The notes under the pieces: generated by a model
What the model was told of the DNA's origin: nothing
Seen by the model: the letters and a program-made list of their open reading frames with translations, nothing else
Databases searched by the model: none
Shown: piece after piece, positions 44,116-52,924 of the stretch
Numbering within the stretch: the first letter of the stretch is position 1
How the letters are laid out: the number at the start of each line of letters is the position of its first letter
Made by a program: the position numbers and the translations under genes
Origin: a virus
Lineage: Duplodnaviria > Caudoviricetes
Reading direction: 5' to 3' (one strand)
Virus record (IMG/VR): IMGVR_UViG_3300050132_000092
Location: 1-55,877 of that record
Length of the DNA stretch: 55,877 nt

Positions 44116-45160
44116 TAGGTGTCTCCTGTATACGAAAGCCGTTATACCATCCTTTTTCTAATCCTGCACTGATAATCTGCGCTACTGGAAAACTATAATA
44201 TTTTCCGTCTAATGCCATTGCGTATGTCGGCCTTCTGGCTGACAGCAGATCAACATTATGAACGGTAGGGCTGCTTGACAGCGATATTCCACAATGTTCC
44301 GTTCTCATGTAAAGACTGTAGATGTTAGATGATTCAGGGTACGTCGTCAGCATGGGGGTCAGATCACCGAAATACTTAATGAATCCGGTGTACAACTGAC
44401 TGAGATATATTTTCTCGCTGTCGTCTTTCCAGAAGCTATACAATGATCTGATTCTCATGTGGTTATACAGATGCTTGGTGTCATCATAAAATTTCCTAAT
44501 CCACTCCATCTCGTCCACACTGCTGACGCTGAATTGGATACAATTTGCTTTCAGACCGTTGCGTTCCAGATTAGCCAGCGCGGCAAATTTCTGTGCAGCA
44601 ATTTCACCGCTGTAATTCTTTGGGTGTTGCATGGAGAAGTCGGCGTGAAGCAAGCCGTTCTGAACCAGCCCCACCCGCGCACACTCCTGCATAAACAGTG
44701 GGTCGGCAAAGCGCAGCATGTTCGACATCGTGACTACCGGCCAGCTGTTAGCAGTCAATTCACTAACTAACTGAAAGAAGTCCGGCCTGACCGTCGGTTC
44801 GCCACCTGACAACAACATAGCGAATCCCTTTATCTTCAGGTCAATTAGTTTATTATTATAATATTCCGCCGATCTGGCAGGAGTCGGCACGTCATGTGTA
44901 AAACACCACGAGCAGGTCATATTGCAGTCGGCAGTTACCGGCACCAGAATAGCCTTATTGACACCCATCGTGCCGGTATTATAGTGATTTATGACAATAC
45001 TGGCGTCAGGATCGACCAATGCTTCCGACTCGCCGTGAACGTCACAAGTCTTACGTATCCACGCCTGACCGTCTCTGAACAATATCTCAGCCGGTATGCG
45101 GGCGTAGCACTCGTGGCAAATACTTAATGTCTTAATCACCGTGACCCCTCCGCATACCAC
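44108..45160 (-). CDS. radical SAM enzyme with an MJ0619/Tes-like N-terminal domain
   Basis: TLSICHEC...RKTCDVHG, CNMTCSWC, LSGGEPT. Confidence 0.85.
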   Translation of the reverse strand: MVCGGVTVIKTLSICHECYARIPAEILFRDGQAWIRKTCDVHGESEALVDPDASIVINHYNTGTMGVNKAILVPVTADCNMTCSWCFTHDVPTPARSAEYYNNKLIDLKIKGFAMLLSGGEPTVRPDFFQLVSELTANSWPVVTMSNMLRFADPLFMQECARVGLVQNGLLHADFSMQHPKNYSGEIAAQKFAALANLERNGLKANCIQFSVSSVDEMEWIRKFYDDTKHLYNHMRIRSLYSFWKDDSEKIYLSQLYTGFIKYFGDLTPMLTTYPESSNIYSLYMRTEHCGISLSSSPTVHNVDLLSARRPTYAMALDGKYYSFPVAQIISAGLEKGWYNGFRIQETPNV

Positions 45161-47538
45161 CCCATAATAATCCGTTTTACCGGACTGCTGATTCGTAACC
45201 GGAACACTCTATTTTTAGTCCTACCGAGCGACAACCAACGTAACCGCTTGCGGTACTCCCCTATACGCCCCATTGAGCGGATTGACTCAGCACCCCAGGT
45301 GCGCCCGCCGTCCTTACTGAGTGACAGACCGGCGGTAGGCGCTACTTCCGCCGTAGCGAAAATCACCTGGGGTGACGCCGTATAGCCTGTGCCGCCTGCC
45401 GTGATATTCACACTGATCACCGAGCCGTAGCCTACCGTCGCCGTGGCGGTAGCCCCTGAACCGTTGCCATCAGTGGAGCGCAATATCACGGCAGGCGGCA
45501 GAGTGTAGTCGGCACCGTTGTAAGTCACCGTGACTGCCGACACCGCACCAGTCGTCAGCGAGGCAAGCGCGGTGGCCGGTGAACTAACATCATCCAGACC
45601 GACGCCCGACTCGATATCAATCTGCAATTCATCAATAAACAGGTCGTCCAGCGTCTGACCGTCCACCAGATGTTGCGTAATCTGCTCGCTGATAATCGGC
45701 AGGCCGGTATCGGTGTTAAATTTGCTGCTGACCTCATAGATATTGCCGCTGAAGGTATCACCGACCAGATGCTTGCCGTAAGCGTTAATGTAACAGTTAG
45801 CCGCGTCCCGGTGAACCAGATCATCGCTCAGGTTACAGGTCGAGCGTTCGTGCCACATCTGGGTCGTGGTGTCGTACACAAAAGTCCAATCGTCTACAGG
45901 ATTGGTAATAACGTAGAAAGTATGCCCCTCGTCACTGTAGCAGTAACCGAAACACTGTGAGTGGTCGGTAGACTGTGCCATCTTATAGACTATTGCTGGT
46001 GGGGTGATCGGTGTCGGCGTGTAGCCGTTCAGTTCTACCACCCCAACGAAGCATGAGCTGTCACCGTCACGCTCGTTCGCCAGGAAGAACGCCGAATTGT
46101 TGCCTCGCGCTATCGACCAGGGAGCCGGTGTGCCGTAATCGACTACAGCGCCTTGCATCCGGCTGAACGGAAAACCTAATGATGTCGGCGTGCCGTTATT
46201 GTAGAAAATCTCGGTGGTAAACTGCTTGATGAAGAATAACTGTTCATGGAGATTCAACAGGCCGGAAACATTATCAGATGCAGCCTGTATCGGCGTGGTC
46301 GCCTGAGCGTTCCACGACAGACCGTTGTACATGTCGGACGCAAAAGCGTTCATGGTGCCGTCAGTTACAATGAAATAACCTTCGATATATTCAACGTGTT
46401 GCGGTGCTAGCGGTGCTGACACACCTTGCGGCGGAGATAACGTAACTGTCGGTGTTGTGCCAGTATAACCTGTTCCGCCGGATATTATATTAATTGCGGT
46501 GACTGAGAAATTAGTAACGACTGCAACCGCTTCTGTCGTGCCACCTGTTCCTGTCACTGTTACAATAGGAGGTGATGTATAACCAGACCCACCTGCCGTT
46601 ACGTTAACAGCGGTAACTGTCGTTGCTGACACGTTTGCTGTTGCCGTCGCCGATCCGCTGCTAAACACTACCACCGGAGCAGTATAACCCGATCCGACGT
46701 CGATAACATTTACGCTGACTACTGAGCCAGAGGTATAGTCATAAATAGGCGTTAATGTATAACCAGGTGCATTTGTTATCGTTATTACAGGGTTAGTATA
46801 GCCTGACCCACCGCTTACTTTAGTTGCTCCAACCATAACACCACCAACAATAACAGCAGTAAAAATGGCACCCGAACCAGTGGGGTCAGTTACGATGATT
46901 GTAGGTGTACTTGCAATACCACTACCGATTGTAGTAACACCTAATCCAGCAATGGCATATCCCAGATTAACGTGCAGCGTCGCTCCTATACCTGTGCCGT
47001 CGGTTATAACTGCTGTAGGTGGAAACGCCAGCAAATAGCCTGACCCTGGGTTAGTCACTGTTACAGACTGAACAGTTGTAGTAGTAGAAGTCAGTGACGC
47101 AGTGGCTTGAATCGCCATGACATCTTCAATAACGGTGAATACCGCAGTCACGACGTTATAAATATAGCCGTTCACACCGTCCACGATCATTAACTGATCA
47201 CCGCCAATACCGGCAGACAACAAACCATTCTGGCTCATAGACACCCGACCAGTAGACGTGTTGAGTGAGCCGACTACAGATACAGTGCCATCAGCCGCCA
47301 CGGCTACCAGTTTATTACTCTCTACGGCGTACAGCACGCCTGCTGCGGTAATCGACCCGCGTACCGGTGCGGTCAGTCCACTGGAGAACAGGCGTTTGCC
47401 CGGTACGCCGACCAGCAGACCGACACCCTTCTCATTCGGGGCGGTAGACAGTTCGGGGTACAAGTTGATAAATCGCTGGCTCTCAAAGGCAGTAGAGCGT
47501 CCGGTGTAGGCGTTTGGGACGAACGCAAGACGGCTCAC
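45136..47538 (-). CDS. P22 gp10-like tail hub / DNA stabilization protein with inserted GSGYT repeats
   Basis: INLYPE, YSDEGHTFYV..P...TFVYD.TT..WHER, LSLSKDGGRTW, GEYRKR..W..LG. Confidence 0.85.
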   Translation of the reverse strand: MSRLAFVPNAYTGRSTAFESQRFINLYPELSTAPNEKGVGLLVGVPGKRLFSSGLTAPVRGSITAAGVLYAVESNKLVAVAADGTVSVVGSLNTSTGRVSMSQNGLLSAGIGGDQLMIVDGVNGYIYNVVTAVFTVIEDVMAIQATASLTSTTTTVQSVTVTNPGSGYLLAFPPTAVITDGTGIGATLHVNLGYAIAGLGVTTIGSGIASTPTIIVTDPTGSGAIFTAVIVGGVMVGATKVSGGSGYTNPVITITNAPGYTLTPIYDYTSGSVVSVNVIDVGSGYTAPVVVFSSGSATATANVSATTVTAVNVTAGGSGYTSPPIVTVTGTGGTTEAVAVVTNFSVTAINIISGGTGYTGTTPTVTLSPPQGVSAPLAPQHVEYIEGYFIVTDGTMNAFASDMYNGLSWNAQATTPIQAASDNVSGLLNLHEQLFFIKQFTTEIFYNNGTPTSLGFPFSRMQGAVVDYGTPAPWSIARGNNSAFFLANERDGDSSCFVGVVELNGYTPTPITPPAIVYKMAQSTDHSQCFGYCYSDEGHTFYVITNPVDDWTFVYDTTTQMWHERSTCNLSDDLVHRDAANCYINAYGKHLVGDTFSGNIYEVSSKFNTDTGLPIISEQITQHLVDGQTLDDLFIDELQIDIESGVGLDDVSSPATALASLTTGAVSAVTVTYNGADYTLPPAVILRSTDGNGSGATATATVGYGSVISVNITAGGTGYTASPQVIFATAEVAPTAGLSLSKDGGRTWGAESIRSMGRIGEYRKRLRWLSLGRTKNRVFRLRISSPVKRIIMGWYAEGSR

Positions 47539-48056
47539 GTGTCACACATCATGTTATTAATCAAGTGTTGCACACGTTTGAATGTACTGGAATGAAGAAT
47601 CATTTTATCTTGGTTCTTCTGCCACCACTCTTTCACCTCATACTTTCCCGTAATAGCCCGTCCAGCACCGACCCAATCACACACCATTTCGGTAACATAT
47701 TTATTTGGCATTTGCAGAGCCACCAAAGAACCGTCATCGTTTTTTAACAACCAGTACTGCCAGTGGTGGTTGTTTCGGTGCTGGTGGAATAACCACGCTT
47801 GATCAAATTCTTGTTCGACGTGCTCTTTTGAATATTTCCAACAATCAAACTCATATTTAAGCCAGCTAGGAAATGTGTCATACGCTTGATGTGGTCCACC
47901 GTAGAAATATTGGCAGTACGGCAACCATTCAGAAGGCAGTAGTTTTGATAAATCGTGTGTCAGCCCACGAAACGGAATACCGAAACGACAACAGGCAATA
48001 AATACAAACCATTTGTGTCGGATAATATACGAAAGATATTTAAAGTGTTTACTCAC
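47535..48056 (-). CDS. DUF5662-like HD-type protein
   Basis: HKWFV, HDLSK, HQHRNNHHWQYW, EMVCDW. Confidence 0.75.
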   Translation of the reverse strand: MSKHFKYLSYIIRHKWFVFIACCRFGIPFRGLTHDLSKLLPSEWLPYCQYFYGGPHQAYDTFPSWLKYEFDCWKYSKEHVEQEFDQAWLFHQHRNNHHWQYWLLKNDDGSLVALQMPNKYVTEMVCDWVGAGRAITGKYEVKEWWQKNQDKMILHSSTFKRVQHLINNMMCDT

Positions 48057-48057
48057 G

Positions 48058-48792
48058 TCAGGATATCCAATCGCCAGACAGAATGTTGTTACTCACTGCC
48101 TGACCGGTGCCGGGAACGTCAATACGACACACCGGCAAGCTATGGTTGATATTCTCGACAACCTGCATGGCGTCACGAGCGGCTTTCATTATGTGCATCG
48201 GTATCGGCCCCTTGCGACCCATCGGCGTCCAGATTTTAGTCGCCAGATTCTGCACAATGCAGTCATAGTAGATCGGTTGAAAAGTAACAATGTCGGCAAG
48301 ATTGACGAACTGGGTGAGATATTTCTGACTGTTAATGAACAACAGGTAGGTGCTCTGGTCGGGAATTGCATAACAGGAGATTTTACCCATCTGCGGCAGA
48401 GCCTGCTGAGTCATGCCGGGATCGTAGTAAATAGCGTCGGGGCGAGCGGTCGTGATCATCTTGTCATCGAACGAGTCGTAAATATCCAGTTCGACGACGT
48501 ACACCGGATAATCGACCAGCGCGGCATCCCTGACGAATGCTGAATCAATAGTAATCGGCTTGTCGGTATTGAAATCACCACCGGTGCCGATAGTATAGAC
48601 GCGCTTATTGGCAACCAGCGGGAAAGACTCCTGTGTGGTGTTGGCTATCATCAGCCGCCGACCAGACCAGGAGTTTAACATCAGATTGCAGTGGCGCAGA
48701 CATTTCATCAGTTCCGAGGCTTCCGGCACCTCGTCAAGACTCGTCGCTCCTATGACTTCCATTGCAGCTACAAACAGGTCTTGAACGAGCAT
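48058..48792 (-). CDS. head-tail adaptor (gp4-like)
   Basis: LRHCNLMLNSW...YTIG.GGDFN; synteny. Confidence 0.7.
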   Translation of the reverse strand: MLVQDLFVAAMEVIGATSLDEVPEASELMKCLRHCNLMLNSWSGRRLMIANTTQESFPLVANKRVYTIGTGGDFNTDKPITIDSAFVRDAALVDYPVYVVELDIYDSFDDKMITTARPDAIYYDPGMTQQALPQMGKISCYAIPDQSTYLLFINSQKYLTQFVNLADIVTFQPIYYDCIVQNLATKIWTPMGRKGPIPMHIMKAARDAMQVVENINHSLPVCRIDVPGTGQAVSNNILSGDWIS

Positions 48793-49070
48793 CCGTTACC
48801 TCACAGTTTTACAGTTCACATCGACTTCTGGTACTTCGTCAAGACTCGTTGCTCCTATGTTTCAATCCTCACCTGTTAAACATCACACTGCTGGACCATA
48901 TAGCAGAGCGTGATATTTCAGGCCTGACAGAAGAGCTTCTTGTGAGTGAGATGCAGATGACAGGGAAATGTAGATTAATCCTGGATTCAATAAAAGATAT
49001 TGCCTTAGCTGCGGAACGAAAGGCGAACAGATAGGCTCGTTCTCACAGGATGCATGCAATTATCAATTGG

Positions 49071-49229
49071 TTATTTTGTAAGAAGAAACCACGCTTGAAC
49101 GGCTACGATAACGGTAATAGCAACAAACATAGCTACTTGAGGGTATTGGCCTAAGTTGTACGCTATATCGCCTGCTGCGCCAGAGGCAAATGCGAGCAGG
49201 AGACTTAAAATGAACATGTACTTTTTCAT
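49071..49229 (-). CDS. small two-helix membrane protein
   Basis: AAGGAG RBS; hydrophobic. Confidence 0.5.
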   Translation of the reverse strand: MKKYMFILSLLLAFASGAAGDIAYNLGQYPQVAMFVAITVIVAVQAWFLLTK

Positions 49230-49367
49230 GTTATCTCCTTTAATTATTCGTGATACCAAATATTGCCGATTCTATCAAATGTCATCCGTTGGTTCAGTCC
49301 ATTTAACGTGAGCCCCGGTTCTGCAAAGATGCTGCCGTCTGTACAGGCGCTCACACTAATACGTGTG

Positions 49368-49886
49368 TTATTCAGCAGATTTCGGTATTGCAGCCACCAT
49401 TTCAGTCAGAGCGGTTTTATTGTCCCGTGGCGTGTGTTTGATACCGGCAGCGTCCAGTTGATCGCGCAACTGCTGGTTGGTCGGCCCTTCCGGTGGCGTC
49501 CACGATGGTTTGGCGACTGGCGCAACCGGTGGCACGACTGGCAGGCCGAAGTCGGCAGGTCCGTCGCCTTTGAGTCGTGCGATAGTAGCATTCAGGCCCG
49601 TAATCACCTCTTCAAAGTCGGTTGTCAGGTCGGCAATCTGCTGGTCTTTAGCAACCAGTGCTTCTTTCAGACTTTTAATCTCGCCTGAATTGTTCACAGG
49701 CACCGGAGTCGCGCCATCCACCAGCACGTTGTAAGGCTTAGTCAGCGGCACAACAGCAGTCTCAACCTCGACATCCGCCTCGTCTTCCACCCATCCTTGG
49801 TTCAGATGAAAGGTTAATGCTTCCTGGCTGCTGACCACGTAAGGTTCGCAGTCTTTCTTATACAGTGTGGTCGCCTTCATTGTCAA
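49368..49886 (-). CDS. hypothetical protein with a C-terminal HeH/LEM-like domain
   Basis: TNQQLRDQLDAAGIKH....NKTAL. Confidence 0.65.
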   Translation of the reverse strand: MTMKATTLYKKDCEPYVVSSQEALTFHLNQGWVEDEADVEVETAVVPLTKPYNVLVDGATPVPVNNSGEIKSLKEALVAKDQQIADLTTDFEEVITGLNATIARLKGDGPADFGLPVVPPVAPVAKPSWTPPEGPTNQQLRDQLDAAGIKHTPRDNKTALTEMVAAIPKSAE

Positions 49887-49987
49887 TACCCCTTTGGCAT
49901 GGCGGGTTTCTTGATGACCTTTTTCTTCTTGGTGACAGCCTTCTTGACTACTGGCTTCTTAGCGGGTTTCGTCAGCATGTTTTCCAT
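49883..49987 (-). CDS. 34-aa Lys-rich peptide (not in the ORF track)
   Basis: GGAGAGG RBS; MENMLTKPAKKPVVKK. Confidence 0.5.
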   Translation of the reverse strand: MENMLTKPAKKPVVKKAVTKKKKVIKKPAMPKGY

Positions 49988-50043
49988 TTTGACACCTCTC
50001 CTGTGGGTTATTATGCTCCTGTATATAACTACCTCTGTCGGAA

Positions 50044-50072
50044 GGTATACCGTGACTGCACGCGGCTGTCAA
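50044..50072 (-). promoter_or_regulatory. putative promoter after the capsid terminator
   Basis: TTGACA-17 bp-TATACC. Confidence 0.45.
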
Positions 50073-50073
50073 T

Positions 50074-50104
50074 AAAAAAGCGGCAGGCTGTCACACCTGC
50101 CGCT
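50074..50104 (-). terminator. intrinsic terminator after the coat/decoration genes
   Basis: GC-rich hairpin followed by a run of T on the minus strand. Confidence 0.8.
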
Positions 50105-50110
50105 CGTTAC

Positions 50111-50365
50111 TTACGCGCCAGCCATGAGTCCTTTAGCAACCAGAACGGCACGCATTTCGTTTACCAGTGTGATTATGGCTGTGGCCTGCGCCGACGTGAA
50201 ACCGTAAGAGGTGAGTGCCGGTGCAGTTGTAACAACAGCCGCCTGAGCAGCACCAGAACGCTGTACTGATGGAACAGCACCATGAAATGCTATAGGATCG
50301 TTAATTGACTGTCCGACGCAAAGACCGTCATCAACATTACCTCTATGATAATGAATCATCTGCAT
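50111..50365 (-). CDS. small virion (decoration-like) protein
   Basis: DGLCVGQS..D.IAFHG...LVNEMRAVLVAKGL; directly after the coat gene. Confidence 0.6.
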   Translation of the reverse strand: MQMIHYHRGNVDDGLCVGQSINDPIAFHGAVPSVQRSGAAQAAVVTTAPALTSYGFTSAQATAIITLVNEMRAVLVAKGLMAGA

Positions 50366-50426
50366 ACTCCTTCGCCGGTTTAGCCCCCGGCTAGGCGAAT
50401 TGTGTGCGTGGTTACGTGTGGCTAGC

Positions 50427-51707
50427 CTATCTCGTTAATCTACAGGCTAATTGTGCCCTGGTAGTCAAGTAGCCCATCAGCACGTCAAACCGTGAGATAT
50501 AGAGGCGGTTAATAATGTCGAAGCCTCGGACGAATGACAGGCTGATACCGTCAGCAGCTTCACGATAAGCCATATCCATGCCTTTAGGCAGGTCGAGGTC
50601 GGCGGTTACAAATGTGAAAGCATCCTTATGGTAGAGAATATTCTGACCATAGGTGGTATTAGCCGCGCCGGTCAGGAAGGTTACTACAGAACCATCGGCA
50701 GCAGCGCCGGAAACATTCTGATAAGCACCGGAAACTACGAGGCCGGGTGACAGAGTGAACACGATGTTACCACCCGCAGGTGCTGTGTAGAACCCCTGTG
50801 TAACCAGCACACCGTTGGCGTATACAGCAGGTGTGTAGTTCGCGCCAGGAGTGGTGTCAGTACCGGACGGAGCAACGACAAACTGTTGCAGAGAGCCATA
50901 ATTGGTCTTGACTTCGGGATGAACCTTGTTGACACCTGCAATGGTGAAGACCGAACCGACAGTAATCGTCGCACCAACCGTCCAGCCGTCAATGGCAATG
51001 CTGGCACCGATCTGATTAACACCGTTAGTTATAGCAGTGACCGCGCCAGCCATTGTACCGTTGGTGTGCGTCGGCACCAGTTCATTCTCAAAGAAGTCGA
51101 AACCAGACAGATGCCCCATTTCGCCGTCAAGGTACTGAGAGCTGATGTTCTTCGACGGATTAAAAGCGTTCTGGAGGCCGTTGACCAGACCGGCAGAAGT
51201 CGGGCTGTCAAGCTGGCAGAAACGCGCTGCGCCTTTAGGTGTGAGCGACTGGTTGAGCAACGTCTTGGCGTTCAGGAACGGCAGGATAGTTGCCGGGGTG
51301 ATACCAGCAGTGCCGACGAACTGATACACGTCGGAATACAGGCGGCTAAACACTTCAGCCTCGATGCTGGCAGCAATTATAGCCATGCAGGGGTCGAGAA
51401 AACGCTCACCGAAGTCGTCGATATTCATGGCCAGGTCGATGGAGTTGATATCCAGATCAGCTCCGACTACAGTTGACACGACCAGCGTTTCAGACTGCTC
51501 GGTAGTAGACTGCGGCTGTGCCACAAGACCACGGCGGGCAACATACTGGTTGGGTAGGCGAATTCTGAGCGTCTGGCCGATCTTGGCACCAGAGTTTGCA
51601 AAGCTGTCATCGTACTGACGGCCCACTGTACCGATAAACGCTGGCTTACTGTGAAGGATCGCTAACGCTTTGCGAGTCACCTTCAAATCTGTTAAAAATG
51701 TACTCAT
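50427..51707 (-). CDS. major capsid protein (P22 gp5 family)
   Basis: GAKIGQTLRIRLP, YHKDAFTFVTADL, RFDVLMG. Confidence 0.9.
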   Translation of the reverse strand: MSTFLTDLKVTRKALAILHSKPAFIGTVGRQYDDSFANSGAKIGQTLRIRLPNQYVARRGLVAQPQSTTEQSETLVVSTVVGADLDINSIDLAMNIDDFGERFLDPCMAIIAASIEAEVFSRLYSDVYQFVGTAGITPATILPFLNAKTLLNQSLTPKGAARFCQLDSPTSAGLVNGLQNAFNPSKNISSQYLDGEMGHLSGFDFFENELVPTHTNGTMAGAVTAITNGVNQIGASIAIDGWTVGATITVGSVFTIAGVNKVHPEVKTNYGSLQQFVVAPSGTDTTPGANYTPAVYANGVLVTQGFYTAPAGGNIVFTLSPGLVVSGAYQNVSGAAADGSVVTFLTGAANTTYGQNILYHKDAFTFVTADLDLPKGMDMAYREAADGISLSFVRGFDIINRLYISRFDVLMGYLTTRAQLACRLTR

Positions 51708-51710
51708 TTT

Positions 51711-52622
51711 TTATCTCCTTTTTTGTCGGTCAGTAGTTCTCAGACGTTCCCTCGCCAGATATTCCGACATGGGTATTTTATCGTCATCCACATCCGTCGG
51801 ACCATTACCGCCGAGCGGTTTAAGAGGGTCAGGCGCATTTGAGACATGCTTCACGACTGGTTGTGGTTTATTTATGATTCCTGCTTCAATTCTTCCAATT
51901 TCTCTCAGTTGGGTTACGGGTGACATCCCGGCCAGTCGCGTCACTTCGGCTCTGTTGTTGGCAAAATGCCTGAGTAACTTTGGCCCGACATCCGATTCAC
52001 GGATGGCGTCCTGCATCGGGCCGGTAAGCGGTAGCTGATTCGGTCCCGGTAGATGAAACGTGTTTGCCAGCGTCATAATGTCAGGATCAAGAGCGGCTTC
52101 TTCGGTCAGTCGCTTGTTAAACGACGCGATAATTTGTGCCTCGCTCTGCTGACGCTGATTCTGCTGAGACTGGCTGGTAAACTCCTGCCTCATTTCATAC
52201 TTGGTTACGTCGATGATATACTTGCGGTCGGCCTGTTTGTACAAGGCGTCGGCTTGCTCGAAGTCGGTGTAATCCTCGAACTGATCGGCTCGCGGCGGCA
52301 CTGGTGCGACAGGTGGACCTTCCGGTGCGGTTGGTGTCTGCGGTGTAACTGGTGCAGCGGGACGCTCGGCGATACCACGGTAATAAGCCGCTTCCTCGCG
52401 GGCGGTAGCAGCAGCAGCTTCAGCAGCCTGGCGACGGACACGCTCGGCTTTCACAGCGGCAACAGGGACGCGGGCAGCAGGATCATCGGCAGGATCAGGT
52501 GTTACCGGGTCCGGTTCGACAGGATCAGGTGTGATCGGGTCGGGCGTTACAGGCTCCGGCGGTGTACCACCACCATTCAACTCAGGATTATCAAAGACCA
52601 GACGCACAAGTTTCCTATACAT
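51711..52622 (-). CDS. scaffolding protein
   Basis: Between portal and coat; SDVGPKLL..A.N..E..RLA, REIGRIEA, MSEY..R. Confidence 0.8.
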   Translation of the reverse strand: MYRKLVRLVFDNPELNGGGTPPEPVTPDPITPDPVEPDPVTPDPADDPAARVPVAAVKAERVRRQAAEAAAATAREEAAYYRGIAERPAAPVTPQTPTAPEGPPVAPVPPRADQFEDYTDFEQADALYKQADRKYIIDVTKYEMRQEFTSQSQQNQRQQSEAQIIASFNKRLTEEAALDPDIMTLANTFHLPGPNQLPLTGPMQDAIRESDVGPKLLRHFANNRAEVTRLAGMSPVTQLREIGRIEAGIINKPQPVVKHVSNAPDPLKPLGGNGPTDVDDDKIPMSEYLARERLRTTDRQKRR

Positions 52623-52713
52623 TTGTTACTCCCCTACTCGCCCTTAGGATGGCGACTCCGTTTGGTATGGTGCTACAAACGCCCGGTACGCGGCGACCGC
52701 TTACTGCAAAAAA

Positions 52714-52923
52714 CTATTTGCCCTTCAGTAATTCTTTAGTATGACGGATAGCTTCCGCTTCACTTTTTGCAATCATTATCTTTTCCCCACCGCGCCCGTA
52801 GGTGCTGACCGAGTAACCATTGTCAGCCTCGGTGATGCGTACACATTTCTTCTCGCGGTACTGGCTGACCGTCGGTTCGGCTGGTGGGTTGCTCTTGCGA
52901 GTGACTTTCTTTTTAGTTGCCAT
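52714..52923 (-). CDS. hypothetical protein
   Basis: Co-directional small ORF. Confidence 0.55.
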   Translation of the reverse strand: MATKKKVTRKSNPPAEPTVSQYREKKCVRITEADNGYSVSTYGRGGEKIMIAKSEAEAIRHTKELLKGK

Positions 52924-52924
52924 A

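Noticed and set aside
48718-48860. DGR template/variable repeat pair
   Set aside because: Too short, the differences are not adenine-specific, and there is no reverse transcriptase in the genome.
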